Shown piece after piece: positions 41,001 to 51,194 of a stretch of DNA of 64,000 nucleotides. The notes below the pieces were generated by a model that searched no databases, had not been told where the DNA came from, and saw only the letters and a program-made list of their open reading frames with translations. A program made the translations under genes and the position numbers. The stretch spans positions 248,001 through 312,000 of the IMG/VR virus record IMGVR_UViG_3300012988_000001. One strand, 5' to 3'. Within the stretch, counting starts at the first letter, position 1. The number at the start of each line of letters is the position of its first letter.

Positions 41001-42991
41001 AACGCACAGCAGACGGTCCTGATAATGACCGTTTCACTCTAGTGAAAATAAAATTATCTCACGCTGATGAGGGAGATGTCCTTGACAGGCGGGGTATGTG
41101 TGCTACAATGTACCCACAGTATGAGGAACGCATTAACCTCAAATTGAATTCGGCAGGATTGGGCTTCACTCTTGATTTAGAAGAAGCTGAAAAACTCGCA
41201 AATCTACTAACACTCGCACTAAGCGAATTTAAGGAGTAAACTATGTTCAAACGTCTATACACCTCTTTCGTAACTCCGTTCAGTGAAGCTCTGAAAGCAT
41301 GGGAATCCCGTACTGAACAGTCCATCAAAGCTGGTGGTACTACTCCAGTGTATGATCGTTATGACCCTTCACGTGGTCTTCATGCGGAGCCTAAACATGA
41401 CTAAAGCTGAACTTATTGCACAATTGGAAGGTTATCCAGATGATGCAGTAATGGAAGTTGTTCAATATGGCGAACACTATGACATTACGTGTGTAGTACC
41501 ATATGATGATCATGGTGTCCCAATTCTTGAATTGGGTATCTATAAACCAAAAACCGTACCGGAATCGGTGAAGAGGTCAAATGGCTAAGGCTAAAGTAAT
41601 TTTTACTAAAGACGATGTTCTAGGACAAGAGAGTACGGTTATGGTTAATCTAAGGAATCATACAGCACGTAAAAACTCTACCCTAGAAGAGATCGCCAAA
41701 TGCTTTAAAACGAAGCTCCCGCGTGGTAAAACGTACTGGAAGCTACACATGACTCAACTTTCGCATGGAGATTGGTAATGTCTATCAAAATCGATCCAGA
41801 AACACAGAAAGCAGTAGACCCTGAAAGTATCGGTAAAGACATGAAAACACGTGCTATTCTTGCAGTACTCAGCGTGTGCGTCTTTGTCGCTACATGGAAA
41901 ATTGGGGCAGCACTTTTTTCATAAAAGATTTGACTCCCATACAAATTAATAGTATTATACTCTCATCAACTGGTGAGAGTTTTTAAGAGGAACTAAAATG
42001 AAAATTTATACCTTAGATCACGGTGTATATGGTTCAGCGGTAGTAGTTGCTAACAGCAAAGCTGAAGCGTACATTAAAATCAAAGCTGAACACCCACGTA
42101 CTACCGAGTTTGACATTGATCGTGTTCGTGAACACGAAATCAACGAAAACTTTTCATTTTCTAACTGGGGAGATATGTAATGTACAAATATCGTTATGAA
42201 AAAGATGGTCGTGTAACTGACTGCTACCCGGTTGACGAAGATGATACAATGTGGGTACAAAGTGGTAAAACCATCAAAGACCTTATGGAACTGGCTAAAG
42301 AGAAATGGCCTGATGTTGAGTTCGAAGATATCTCAATCGAAGCCGTTCATCACCACCAGTACAGCATCTATTACGATTTGCATGATAGCTCAGATTATGT
42401 GGACTATCTTGTGCTCTCGGTGGAGGTATAAGATGATCAAACGTTATGAACCTAAACAGTGGGAAAGTGCTACTGGTGAGCCATTCGTAAAAATGGTAGA
42501 AGATGTTCATGGTTCCTTCGTAAGCATTCATGATCATCAAATGGAAGTGACCCGTCTTCAAGAACGGATTGCGGAACTTCAAACCGACCGTGACGGTCGT
42601 TGGTATGGGGATGTATAATGTCTAAACTTGCTAAACATTTTCCAATTGTAACTTTATCTGGGTACTCAGCATCATGTTTTTCTGATCTGTTTCAAACAGC
42701 GAAAGAATTCCTTGCAATCCACCCTGATTGTGTAGTACAATTTGAATTCAACGGGCAGCTTATTGGCGTCAATGATTATACCCACGATGACGCATGGGCT
42801 AAGTACATCAAAAGCGAATTTCCAAAGGTGCAATAAATGCCAGTAATCTATTTCAATGTTCAGTACAGTGTTGATGGTGAAATGCGTGAAGAACGTATCT
42901 CTGGCTTAAATAAATACCAAGTAGCTGCTGAACTAGGTTCGAAGTACTTCAAAGGTCACGAACTGTATATTTTCAATATTCAGCTAGCATA
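40991..42991 (+). other. Run of about 10 very small coupled hypothetical genes (e.g. 40991-41239, 41581-41778, 41998-42180, 42180-42431)
   Basis: RBS-preceded, overlapping ORFs of about 48-85 aa. Confidence 0.55.
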
Positions 42992-43001
42992 AATATATTA
43001 T

Positions 43002-43079
43002 GTCTTCATAGCTCAACAGGATAGTAGCAACGACCTTCTAAGTCGTAGGTTGTAGGTTCGAATCCTACTGGAGACACCA
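43002..43079 (+). tRNA. tRNA-Arg(TCT)
   Basis: GTCTTCA/TGGAGAC acceptor; ACGAC-CTTCTAA-GTCGT; CCA. Confidence 0.92.
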
Positions 43080-43083
43080 CATT

Positions 43084-43221
43084 GTTCCGAAAAACTTGAG
43101 TACTAAGATTCGTTTATCTTGTCTTCGTATAAGATGTGTATTTTCAGGAAACGTTCGAGTATAATGATTCTAATATTGTCATTATATGAGTACTAACCAC
43201 AATGAAGTACTAGGAACACCA
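43084..43221 (+). ncRNA. CCA-ended tRNA-like stable RNA, about 138 nt
   Basis: GTTCCGA/TAGGAAC-A-CCA; internal hairpins ATCTTGT/ATAAGAT and TATAATGA/TCATTATA. Confidence 0.5.
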
Positions 43222-43227
43222 TATTAA

Positions 43228-43319
43228 TTGCCGGTAGGCTAGAGTCCGATGCCACCCACCTCATAAGTGGATACAGTTAACCAGACACACCGAGGGTTAG
43301 AATCCCTCCCGGCGAACCA
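43228..43319 (+). tRNA. Atypical tRNA, anticodon CAT (Met/Ile2-like), long variable region
   Basis: TTGCCGG/CCGGCGA-A-CCA; CCAC-CTCATAA-GTGG; T-arm GAGGG-TTAGAAT-CCCTC. Confidence 0.65.
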
Positions 43320-43322
43320 TAT

Positions 43323-43350
43323 AAATGCCAGTACTTAAGTACTGGCATTT
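43323..43350. terminator. Perfect 28-bp palindrome, probable bidirectional terminator
   Basis: AAATGCCAGTACTTAAGTACTGGCATTT between a convergent tRNA and HNH gene. Confidence 0.7.
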
Positions 43351-44177
43351 TTTATAGAATCATAGGAATCTACCATAGAAACCAATTCATCATATGTAAT
43401 ACTTGATTGTGTACCTTTTGATTGATTCTCAGAATGTAACATGAGTTCACAATTTAACGGGTGCTTTATATAATAGGGATCATAATTGAATTTTATAGCA
43501 TCTCTAATTGAAACTTTGTGATCTCGTGAAACACCATTTATATTAATATCATTTCCCTTAGTTTTTCTCCACCCATGCTTGTTGAGAAATTCAATATCAA
43601 ACAAATCGGGGTAATGATAAACATTAAAAGTGAATATAAATTTAGCTCTCCCATTTTCGGTGTAACAGTGTTTACAATTATTACAGTATCCAGTTTGCTT
43701 TCTGTATGAACCAACAAAAGAACAATTCTTACATTTACATATAAAGATCTTTTCAAACTCACCAACTTCATCTTTTATTTTTTTAGGATTAGTAGTAGAT
43801 TTATTATATAATCTTTTCGTGGGTGATTTCTTTTTATTTCTTGGTATTTTTGAAACAGATATCGAAATTTTTTGTTTAGTTTCCTCGGTCATTTCCCTGT
43901 TGAAATTACTACAACTTTTACTACAATATTTTTGTGTTGGGAAGTTATAGGTAAAATCTTCCCCACAGTACTCACACTTTTTAAGTTTATTAATTTTTAA
44001 TTTTTTACCTTGACATTTATTAGAACAAAAAGCAGTAGTGCTTCCATTTTTAATACACCTGCGAATTTCTTTCACTTCTCGTGAAATTTCGACTTGACAG
44101 CCATCACATTCTAGTGTTATTCTAGAACGACTTTTTAATGACGAAATATCGTTTAATGTTATATTTGTTAATTTCAT
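43335..44177 (-). CDS. HNH-type homing endonuclease with Zn fingers (only clear minus-strand gene)
   Basis: CDGC, FCSNKC, CEYC, YCSKSC; SRDHKVS...HPLNCELMLHSENQSK; GAGG RBS on the minus strand. Confidence 0.75.
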   Translation of the reverse strand: MKLTNITLNDISSLKSRSRITLECDGCQVEISREVKEIRRCIKNGSTTAFCSNKCQGKKLKINKLKKCEYCGEDFTYNFPTQKYCSKSCSNFNREMTEETKQKISISVSKIPRNKKKSPTKRLYNKSTTNPKKIKDEVGEFEKIFICKCKNCSFVGSYRKQTGYCNNCKHCYTENGRAKFIFTFNVYHYPDLFDIEFLNKHGWRKTKGNDININGVSRDHKVSIRDAIKFNYDPYYIKHPLNCELMLHSENQSKGTQSSITYDELVSMVDSYDSIKNAST

Positions 44178-44205
44178 AATTTATCCTCTGCTAAATCTTT
44201 ATTTA

Positions 44206-44230
44206 GGTTCAAACCGCATGGGGTACACCA
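44206..44230 (+). pseudogene. 3' remnant of a tRNA gene
   Basis: TTCAAAC-CGCAT-GGGGTAC-A-CCA has canonical T-loop/T-stem/acceptor spacing; 5' half absent. Confidence 0.55.
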
Positions 44231-44243
44231 AAACGGAGAAAAA

Positions 44244-44645
44244 ATGAGAAAAAATGATCTAATCAAAATGTTACAAGAGATTGAGGGAAATCCACAGATT
44301 GTGATATGGAATGGTTATGTTGATGACTACATGGACATTGACAAAGGTACTGAGAAGATTACTCTTGTTAAAGAAACTGAAGAATTTCTCTTCAATGCTT
44401 TAAAAGGCCAATGGTGTCAGATGAATAATACTTGGGATATTCCAGAAGAGGAACTTACTAAGCTCGCTGCACATGCCAAAGAGTTACATAAAAACAAAGA
44501 ATATGATTTTGCTAACCCATACGTGACTCCAGAAGAATTCGAGAGTTGGTATGGCAAAAGATCCTTGACAAAGTACGTTCTATCCCCTAAACTACGTGGT
44601 AAAACATCATTAGGCATATATCACAACGCAGATATCAATTACTAG
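44244..44645 (+). CDS. Hypothetical protein
   Basis: GGAG RBS. Confidence 0.7.
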   Translation: MRKNDLIKMLQEIEGNPQIVIWNGYVDDYMDIDKGTEKITLVKETEEFLFNALKGQWCQMNNTWDIPEEELTKLAAHAKELHKNKEYDFANPYVTPEEFESWYGKRSLTKYVLSPKLRGKTSLGIYHNADINY

Positions 44646-44652
44646 GAGATTT

Positions 44653-45288
44653 ATGAACCGTCATAGCTTTACATCCTTTAACATCAAACGTATCGTTGGT
44701 GAAGTGTCCCAAATCCTCGGCTGTCAAGAAGAATTTATTACTTCATCTTTTGACTTCCGTAAGAGTACTGACACTCGTGTTGTAACGCCTGAAGGTACAG
44801 TGTGTACTCGTGTTCGCTACTTCGAGCACTATCAGCAAGACCATGCTACTATTACTCAGCAGCGTACAGAACTTCCTATGTCTGAAGTACTGAAAGAGTG
44901 GATGCAAAATGTCAAGAAGTATCCACCATCCGAAATCTTCTTCCAGCAAACGGGACCGAAGTCAGAGAAAGCTGAGAAACGCTGTAAACTCATCTGTGAG
45001 GACTTATATCTCTTCTCCTTCCCAGAGGGTCAAGAGAATCTTCTAAACGAGCTAGGAGCCGCGTATCGCGAATTTGAGGTACTTACAACTCTGGGCTATG
45101 ATGACTTGAAAGATGGGCGTCTTTTAGAAGTGTCTACTAAACTTCAGTACTACATGCGTGAAGTATGTAATGCTTTGGAAGCAATGCACAAGAAAGACCA
45201 ACTTCTAAACGATTATTACAAGTCTTGGAAAGTTAAGTATCAAGACTTGAGCCGTGAAGTATCTAAACTAACAATGGAGTTTATCTAA
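44653..45288 (+). CDS. Hypothetical protein
   Basis: AGGAG RBS. Confidence 0.7.
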   Translation: MNRHSFTSFNIKRIVGEVSQILGCQEEFITSSFDFRKSTDTRVVTPEGTVCTRVRYFEHYQQDHATITQQRTELPMSEVLKEWMQNVKKYPPSEIFFQQTGPKSEKAEKRCKLICEDLYLFSFPEGQENLLNELGAAYREFEVLTTLGYDDLKDGRLLEVSTKLQYYMREVCNALEAMHKKDQLLNDYYKSWKVKYQDLSREVSKLTMEFI

Positions 45289-45839
45289 TGTCAAATCTAT
45301 TTCGTCCGGGAGCAGTAATCCCTAAAGGTTATACAATTGCAATCACTTCATGGGAAAATGATGGTGATGATTACGATACTATCTATATTAAAGGACTACC
45401 AACCACTGATATTGTGAACGAAGTACTTCATGTACTCAAGTGGTTTGGTCATTGTTCTGATGACATGGGTAATGAAGATATTCAACATGAAGAGATCCTT
45501 GATCGCTTGTGGAATGGTATCGAAGATGGTATTATTACCAAAGATTTTTTCGACCGCTTTATGGGTGATATTGAATTCCCAGTAATCGGTGATGATGAAG
45601 CTCACGATGATTGGCTTGATCGTGTAGCACAAAATGGTGGCTATGAAGACGTGGAAGATATGGTTCGTGGATTCTTGAGCTATCCAATGCAGTACGAATC
45701 TAACTTTGCTCGTATGCTAGAGAGTGTTGTAATCCACCACTTCGAACAAGAGTTCAAAGTACCGGCGATGCCACCAGCACTAACCAAGTTCGATGCTAGT
45801 TGGTCTGAACGTGGTAGTAATACCGTATGGAAAATCTAA
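45288..45839 (+). CDS. Hypothetical protein
   Basis: Coupled ORF; ITSWENDGD. Confidence 0.7.
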   Translation: MSNLFRPGAVIPKGYTIAITSWENDGDDYDTIYIKGLPTTDIVNEVLHVLKWFGHCSDDMGNEDIQHEEILDRLWNGIEDGIITKDFFDRFMGDIEFPVIGDDEAHDDWLDRVAQNGGYEDVEDMVRGFLSYPMQYESNFARMLESVVIHHFEQEFKVPAMPPALTKFDASWSERGSNTVWKI

Positions 45840-46036
45840 CACGTGATGATGTAGAAGAAATCCCGCTTGGATTCTATCTAATCTTTTGGGAAGGTGGTGG
45901 AATGAGTAAAGCTATGATTTCTGTAAACAGAAGGGGTGTTCGTATTATAAATTGTTTAAATTGGCCCGCTAATTCTTACAATGCCCCATTAGTTGATTAC
46001 GTTGACGATATTGAAAAAATGATTTTCATCATGTAA
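45827..46036 (+). CDS. Hypothetical protein
   Basis: Coupled ORF. Confidence 0.55.
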   Translation: MENLTRDDVEEIPLGFYLIFWEGGGMSKAMISVNRRGVRIINCLNWPANSYNAPLVDYVDDIEKMIFIM

Positions 46037-46049
46037 TAGGAGAGTACTC

Positions 46050-46736
46050 ATGAAGTTTATAAAAGAAAATGCTTATATCTTTGTGGGTGCTCTATTAGTA
46101 CTTGCACTTGCAACAATAATTATTAATAGTATCTATGCTGGTTACCAGCAGTACAAGTTAGAAGAGGAACCAAAAATGTATGGTTTGATGTATGTTAGTC
46201 CTGAAGGTGAGAAAGAGTATTACAGAAACACTGACGGGTCCACAACTAAAAATATCGATGACATTGCTATTCTAGCACAGAAGAAAACTGCTGTAGCTAA
46301 AGCAAAAGCATTGCTAAAGTCTGGACACTTAGAAGAAGCTGGTGGGGATATCTACGTTGTTGAGGTAGTTAAGTTAGTACTTAACCCTGAGAAAGTAACT
46401 ATTCCTAAGAAGAAAGAAGGTTACATGATTGAATCAATGGATGCACATAAGTTGACTCCATGTTACTATACTGGTCCAATGAATATGGATTATTACAGTT
46501 CTTACAAATTCAGCGATTGTAAAACTCCCGGCACTGTATTTAAAACTGAAAAGAAAGCACTCGAAGTGATTGAGAGATTTTCAAAATATCTACGTGATAA
46601 GGAACAGCAAGATTTGGCTGATCACCATCGTTATCATCCTAATCGCGTGTATAGTAATCATTTCCCTACCATTGTTGAACGCAATGATTATCTCATTGAA
46701 AACTTCAAGGTGATTAAAACTGATGAGAATGATTGA
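46050..46736 (+). CDS. Membrane-anchored hypothetical protein
   Basis: N-terminal TM; AGGAG RBS. Confidence 0.65.
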   Translation: MKFIKENAYIFVGALLVLALATIIINSIYAGYQQYKLEEEPKMYGLMYVSPEGEKEYYRNTDGSTTKNIDDIAILAQKKTAVAKAKALLKSGHLEEAGGDIYVVEVVKLVLNPEKVTIPKKKEGYMIESMDAHKLTPCYYTGPMNMDYYSSYKFSDCKTPGTVFKTEKKALEVIERFSKYLRDKEQQDLADHHRYHPNRVYSNHFPTIVERNDYLIENFKVIKTDEND

Positions 46737-46944
46737 AGCTATTGCTACCCTATTGACTGCGGTATTCATGGTGTGTATAATGTTGTTCGTGTGCTTCATA
46801 CCACTTATGGTAGTATATGCAAGTGGACTACCCGAATTGGACATGTTCGCACGAATTATGGGTTGTCTTATCTCAATTCCTATGTTAAGATTAACTCTCG
46901 ACGTAATCGACTGGATTTCAGACCTCAAGTACTGGAGAAATTAA
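46723..46944 (+). CDS. Small membrane protein
   Basis: Two TM segments. Confidence 0.55.
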   Translation: MRMIEAIATLLTAVFMVCIMLFVCFIPLMVVYASGLPELDMFARIMGCLISIPMLRLTLDVIDWISDLKYWRN

Positions 46945-46945
46945 A

Positions 46946-47377
46946 ATGCAGAAAGGTGTATCGATTTTCTTTGAAATGCACGAACAGGGTATGCCACATG
47001 TAATTGCTGGCATCTATAGTCCTTCTATGAAAACCGAAGAAGAGATGAAAGCACAGATGGTTGGCTTGATGGGTTATGATCCATTCAATGAACGCTATAA
47101 ACCTGTGTTCATCAACCACACACATTTGTACGCTCATTCCCTACTCGGTAATGAGATTGATAAAGATACTCGTTATACTTTGTCTCGCTTCTTCCCAGTG
47201 GCTTTAGAGCCGCAGAAGCTACCAGTTGACCCGTTCAAGTTCGAACACCGTGACGTGGGTGCGTATGAGTTCATCTCAAATAATCGCTACAGCAAACAAC
47301 TTCGTGAGCATCGTGTTGCTTTACAGAAAGAAGGTGTTGAACGTTATAAAGAAGAACGTGCTCGCAGTAAGGGGTAA
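46946..47377 (+). CDS. Hypothetical protein
   Basis: GGAG RBS. Confidence 0.7.
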   Translation: MQKGVSIFFEMHEQGMPHVIAGIYSPSMKTEEEMKAQMVGLMGYDPFNERYKPVFINHTHLYAHSLLGNEIDKDTRYTLSRFFPVALEPQKLPVDPFKFEHRDVGAYEFISNNRYSKQLREHRVALQKEGVERYKEERARSKG

Positions 47378-47379
47378 GA

Positions 47380-48183
47380 ATGAAACTTGATGAAATGATA
47401 ATTCGGGCGTTGGAGCTAGAATTAGAACATCATACCCGCGAAGAAAGGCGGGGTTTTAATAAAGCACTTGCTGAAGCTAAATGGTTGGTTGCTTATCCAA
47501 TAAGTAGTAATACTACACCACTACCAAGTGAATGGGTATTTGATCGTATAACATTTGTATTCAGTAATAATATACCTACATTTAGGCCACGGGGATTCAT
47601 TGATGGTATTAGTGAATTTTCTATATGTGATGATACTTATTGGGCTAGTTGGAAAGAAATTGCAGTACACATGAGTGGTACAATCTGGATTGAAACATCT
47701 AAGATTAAACCATCACATATTGAACCAATTCCTTTTAAACATCTTGATACACTCCCAGTACTAGGATATCATGCTGTTACAGAGTTCCACGAAGCCATAA
47801 CTTCTTATATGGGAGTGGGTGAAGATTATGAACTGGACGCTGTACTTGAGAAGTACTTGGAATCTTTAAAACCAGAAGAACTAAGTCTTCCAATAGTATT
47901 TGATGATGTAGAACAACGTAACTGGTATGAGTACGGAAAACGTACTGTACGCATTGAGTACTTCAACGAAATCATTGGCTATGCTGAGTTTAGTGGTCGT
48001 GAACTCTTAGGTAAGAAGTTTTTCACCACTGATATCAAAAAATATCAGGCCGCACTAAAAGATATGGTTGACAAGAGCGGTGTTTATGATAAAATGGCGT
48101 TCAATGGAGTAACAGTTATCACTGATGAAGATGCTGATGCTCATGTTGGGGTTCCCGATATTACCCCATTAAAATTTACGTAA
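47380..48183 (+). CDS. Hypothetical protein
   Basis: 267-aa ORF with RBS. Confidence 0.7.
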   Translation: MKLDEMIIRALELELEHHTREERRGFNKALAEAKWLVAYPISSNTTPLPSEWVFDRITFVFSNNIPTFRPRGFIDGISEFSICDDTYWASWKEIAVHMSGTIWIETSKIKPSHIEPIPFKHLDTLPVLGYHAVTEFHEAITSYMGVGEDYELDAVLEKYLESLKPEELSLPIVFDDVEQRNWYEYGKRTVRIEYFNEIIGYAEFSGRELLGKKFFTTDIKKYQAALKDMVDKSGVYDKMAFNGVTVITDEDADAHVGVPDITPLKFT

Positions 48184-48195
48184 ATGGGGGTTGAC

Positions 48196-48438
48196 ATGCC
48201 AAAGATTTTAGTACTAAAATGTGTGTCTGATTCGGGCTTCGGTTATGACCGTATCTTTGTAGGAAATGAGTTCTCTCGTGATCCTGCTGATATTGTACAG
48301 CTAGCCTCTCAGCAATTTAAAAAATTCGATTGGGGTGATGGTAAACTTCACCTCGTTGATGATGTACAAGATGAGGTCATTCTTTTCTTAAAGAAAAATG
48401 GCTATGAAGAATTCGATGCAGAATGCATCCACGTTTAG
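48196..48438 (+). CDS. Hypothetical protein
   Basis: ATG after GGGGG. Confidence 0.6.
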   Translation: MPKILVLKCVSDSGFGYDRIFVGNEFSRDPADIVQLASQQFKKFDWGDGKLHLVDDVQDEVILFLKKNGYEEFDAECIHV

Positions 48439-48449
48439 AGGAAAATAAC

Positions 48450-48605
48450 ATGCAAGCAGTTCTAATTCTAGCAATCCTACTCATTCTTGCAGTACTTGGT
48501 CAGATTCCACTACTAATCTGGTTTGTGATGGGTGTAGCAGTTGTTCTAATCTTCCGTAATGGTGTTAAGTCATACGAAGAAAATAAAAAGAAACACAAAG
48601 TGTAA
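48450..48605 (+). CDS. Small membrane protein
   Basis: GAGG RBS; hydrophobic. Confidence 0.6.
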   Translation: MQAVLILAILLILAVLGQIPLLIWFVMGVAVVLIFRNGVKSYEENKKKHKV

Positions 48606-48647
48606 AACAAATTGGGAGTACTAAAAACTCCCAATATTAATTAAATG

Positions 48648-48740
48648 AGCGTTGTTTCCAGACGATTAAGTAAACCGGGATGGTACATAACTGGAATCTG
48701 AATAGCTACAGCGGGGGTTCGATTCCCTCCTTCGCTCCCA
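48648..48740 (+). ncRNA. CCA-ended tRNA-like RNA without canonical D or anticodon arms
   Basis: AGCG/CGCT-C-CCA; T-arm GGGGG-TTCGATT-CCCTC; TTCCAG/CTGGAA stem with a large loop. Confidence 0.55.
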
Positions 48741-48758
48741 AATTCTTTTCACAAAGTT

Positions 48759-48787
48759 GGGACAAAACAAATACTTTGTGATATAAT
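48759..48787 (+). promoter_or_regulatory. GGGACA-class promoter
   Basis: GGGACA-17-TATAAT. Confidence 0.7.
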
Positions 48788-48870
48788 AAACCATCGACGG
48801 ATGTAAAGCGTAACTTACCGCTCTCGTGTTGAGAGCATCTTGAAAAACGTAAAATAAGGATTTTACAAAT

Positions 48871-49086
48871 ATGTCTAAAGTAACTACCACCGAAACCCGC
48901 CTAGCTGATATCACTGACGTTGAGCGTACTGTGAACTACATCAAGTTCCAACTATCCCAAGTTGAAGCGATGCTAGACCAGCACAGCGGCGACGACCGGA
49001 AGATTGTCTTTGTGCATCTTCTAGAGTGGAAGAACAACTTGAAGAGTGAGCTACACGATCTAACTCGCAAAAACAAGCGTAAGTAA
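48871..49086 (+). CDS. Small coiled-coil protein
   Basis: AGGA RBS. Confidence 0.65.
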   Translation: MSKVTTTETRLADITDVERTVNYIKFQLSQVEAMLDQHSGDDRKIVFVHLLEWKNNLKSELHDLTRKNKRK

Positions 49087-49142
49087 GACACAAGCCGTCA
49101 CTTAAGTGACGGCATATTAATCTAATACAAAGGGATGCAAAC

Positions 49143-49385
49143 ATGATTACTCAAGAAGAATTACGTAGTACTTTCCACCGTATTGAAGATTTAAAAACAG
49201 TACGCAAAGAAACTTGGGAAGCGTGGCATAAGCTAAACAACCAAGAACAACGTAGCAAAGAAGAAGGTAAAGAGCTATCTCGCCTCTCCAGCCTAAACTC
49301 TTCTTTGAACTACGAAATCCGTGGGCTTCAGATTAAATTCAAAGAACAATCCGAAGCATTCATTCAACAAGTCGTAAGGGGTTAA
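49143..49385 (+). CDS. Small coiled-coil protein
   Basis: GGGA RBS. Confidence 0.65.
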   Translation: MITQEELRSTFHRIEDLKTVRKETWEAWHKLNNQEQRSKEEGKELSRLSSLNSSLNYEIRGLQIKFKEQSEAFIQQVVRG

Positions 49386-49387
49386 AA

Positions 49388-49870
49388 ATGATACTCTTTA
49401 TTACAATCTGTGCTAGTATCGTGGGCATCTTTGCTTTTCTACTAATTGTAAGTACTATCTGTATGGGTAAACCAGTTCTCATGAGTTTACAAGTACTGAT
49501 GGGATCACTAAAGTACAGCAAAGAGGTTAACGACAAAATCGATCTAGAACTGGGTAAAGTAGATGCAGGTTTCTATCATGTAGTGGTAGAAGAACATACA
49601 ATCTGTTTGTACTCTAAAGAGAAGTATCCAGACCGTGATGCAATCGCACGATACAGTGATAAACCAGAACTAGAAATCTGGATTGAAAACAAATTCTACT
49701 CATACGGTAATATCTACCGTTTGAATGGTCAATCACCACGCGACCTACAGAATAAGCGTCCGTCTATCAAGCTAATGAAACAGATTTATCAGCTAGAGAA
49801 GACTAAAGGCGAAAGCACTTCTAAAGTGAAGAAAGACAAATCTAAAACAGAAACAGTTGTTTTAGGATAA
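49388..49870 (+). CDS. Membrane-anchored hypothetical protein
   Basis: N-terminal TM. Confidence 0.65.
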   Translation: MILFITICASIVGIFAFLLIVSTICMGKPVLMSLQVLMGSLKYSKEVNDKIDLELGKVDAGFYHVVVEEHTICLYSKEKYPDRDAIARYSDKPELEIWIENKFYSYGNIYRLNGQSPRDLQNKRPSIKLMKQIYQLEKTKGESTSKVKKDKSKTETVVLG

Positions 49871-49872
49871 TG

Positions 49873-49898
49873 AAAGGGACTTCGGTCCCTTTTCTTTT
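49873..49898 (+). terminator. Terminator
   Basis: AAAGGGAC-TTCG-GTCCCTTT plus T run. Confidence 0.85.
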
Positions 49899-49918
49899 AA
49901 TTAAAGTAAGAGGTAATT

Positions 49919-50440
49919 ATGACTAATCAAGATTACATGGATTTACTGAAGAGATTTGCATGTGGTGAAAGTACTACAGAAATGAAGATTGAGTACTTCG
50001 GTCAGAATAATCCAAGAGAACTGATGATTCGGTATTTTGTTAATACAGATGTGTATAACGTTGAAACTGGTGATCTATATCAAAGGGGAGTCACTGGGTG
50101 TAATGTGATTGAGATTATGAACAATGAGTTGATAATGCTCATGCCTAATGTTATGGATGCCTATCTCACCAAGACTTATACGAATAGTCAGTTGATTCGT
50201 TTGTATCAGGATAATGCACGTTTAATGCAAGCAGGAACGATTCTAGCGAACCAACACTCTGGATCACAACTGCGTATCCCTTATTATGAGGACGCCGCCG
50301 AACGCTTCCAGCGTGAGCTAACGGGTGAAATCGTACTGTATGAGTCACACCTTCAGTACGTCCATAAAATCGTTCAGAATGCTCATGACGCATACGAAAC
50401 AAAGATGCGAGAAACTTGGGACAATGCAGTGATTTTGTGA
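49919..50440 (+). CDS. Hypothetical protein, possible FQ-motif variant
   Basis: EDAAERFQRELTGE; GAGG RBS. Confidence 0.7.
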   Translation: MTNQDYMDLLKRFACGESTTEMKIEYFGQNNPRELMIRYFVNTDVYNVETGDLYQRGVTGCNVIEIMNNELIMLMPNVMDAYLTKTYTNSQLIRLYQDNARLMQAGTILANQHSGSQLRIPYYEDAAERFQRELTGEIVLYESHLQYVHKIVQNAHDAYETKMRETWDNAVIL

Positions 50441-50446
50441 TATAAT
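50418..50446 (+). promoter_or_regulatory. GGGACA-class promoter
   Basis: GGGACA-17-TATAAT. Confidence 0.65.
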
Positions 50447-50477
50447 AAAAGAGTCAATTGGACATGGAGAAAATATA

Positions 50478-50774
50478 ATGGAATATCTAAACGAAGACGA
50501 ATTCAAAGACCTCGATAATTTCATCGAAGGTTGTACCGATACAGAAGCAGCTATTGGCGATCTTAAAGCAGTAACCGATTCAATCGACGGTATGTTTATG
50601 ATCCCAGTACGTGCTAGTACTGTATACGTTGGGGAGCTACATACCGATGGTAATGCCACCCTTAAAGATTATGAAGACATGATTTCAATGGGTCTTGACC
50701 TAAACGAAGATGAAGTCAGTCATTACCATGAATTACTTGCAGCTTACGAAGAGATGCAAAATAATTCAAAATAA
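50478..50774 (+). CDS. Small acidic protein
   Basis: GGAG RBS. Confidence 0.7.
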   Translation: MEYLNEDEFKDLDNFIEGCTDTEAAIGDLKAVTDSIDGMFMIPVRASTVYVGELHTDGNATLKDYEDMISMGLDLNEDEVSHYHELLAAYEEMQNNSK

Positions 50775-50787
50775 TTTGCAAATTCTT

Positions 50788-50816
50788 GGGACAAAAACAA
50801 GAAAATGTGATATAAT
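50788..50816 (+). promoter_or_regulatory. GGGACA-class promoter driving the tRNA/ncRNA cluster
   Basis: GGGACA-17-TATAAT. Confidence 0.7.
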
Positions 50817-50886
50817 ATAAGTATCTTAGAGAGTTGAGTTACCTATTCCTTTTGGTGCTCTCTAAGATACAAAACGCTGGCAAAAC

Positions 50887-51039
50887 GGATTCAAACAGCA
50901 AACATCTGAAAAAATTATAGATGAAGTTACGACGATGTGCCTTAATCGGCCTAGTGAGTAACAGGCGGGTAGCGAGCTTAGAGCTATATTCATAGGTGAA
51001 AAATGTCGAGGCGGCCTATGTCTTATTCAAATTGAATCC
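50887..51039 (+). repeat. AACAGCAA stem-loop element, copy 1 (long)
   Basis: GGATTCAA-ACAGCAA...TTGAATCC. Confidence 0.6.
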
Positions 51040-51044
51040 AGTAT

Positions 51045-51136
51045 GGAAGGTTGGTCGAGTTGGTTTATGGCTCCAGTCTTGAAAACTGGCGACGGTTAAT
51101 AGCCGTCCGTGGGTTCGAATCCCACATCTTCCTCCA
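51045..51136 (+). tRNA. tRNA-Ser(TGA)
   Basis: GGAAGGT/ATCTTCC; CCAGT-CTTGAAA-ACTGG; long variable arm; CCA. Confidence 0.92.
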
Positions 51137-51137
51137 C

Positions 51138-51190
51138 GGAATCTAACAGCAATTTACTTTTTTCGATTATAAAAAAACCCAAAGGATTCC
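51138..51190 (+). repeat. AACAGCAA stem-loop element, copy 2
   Basis: GGAATCT-AACAGCAA...GGATTCC. Confidence 0.65.
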
Positions 51191-51194
51191 CGTT

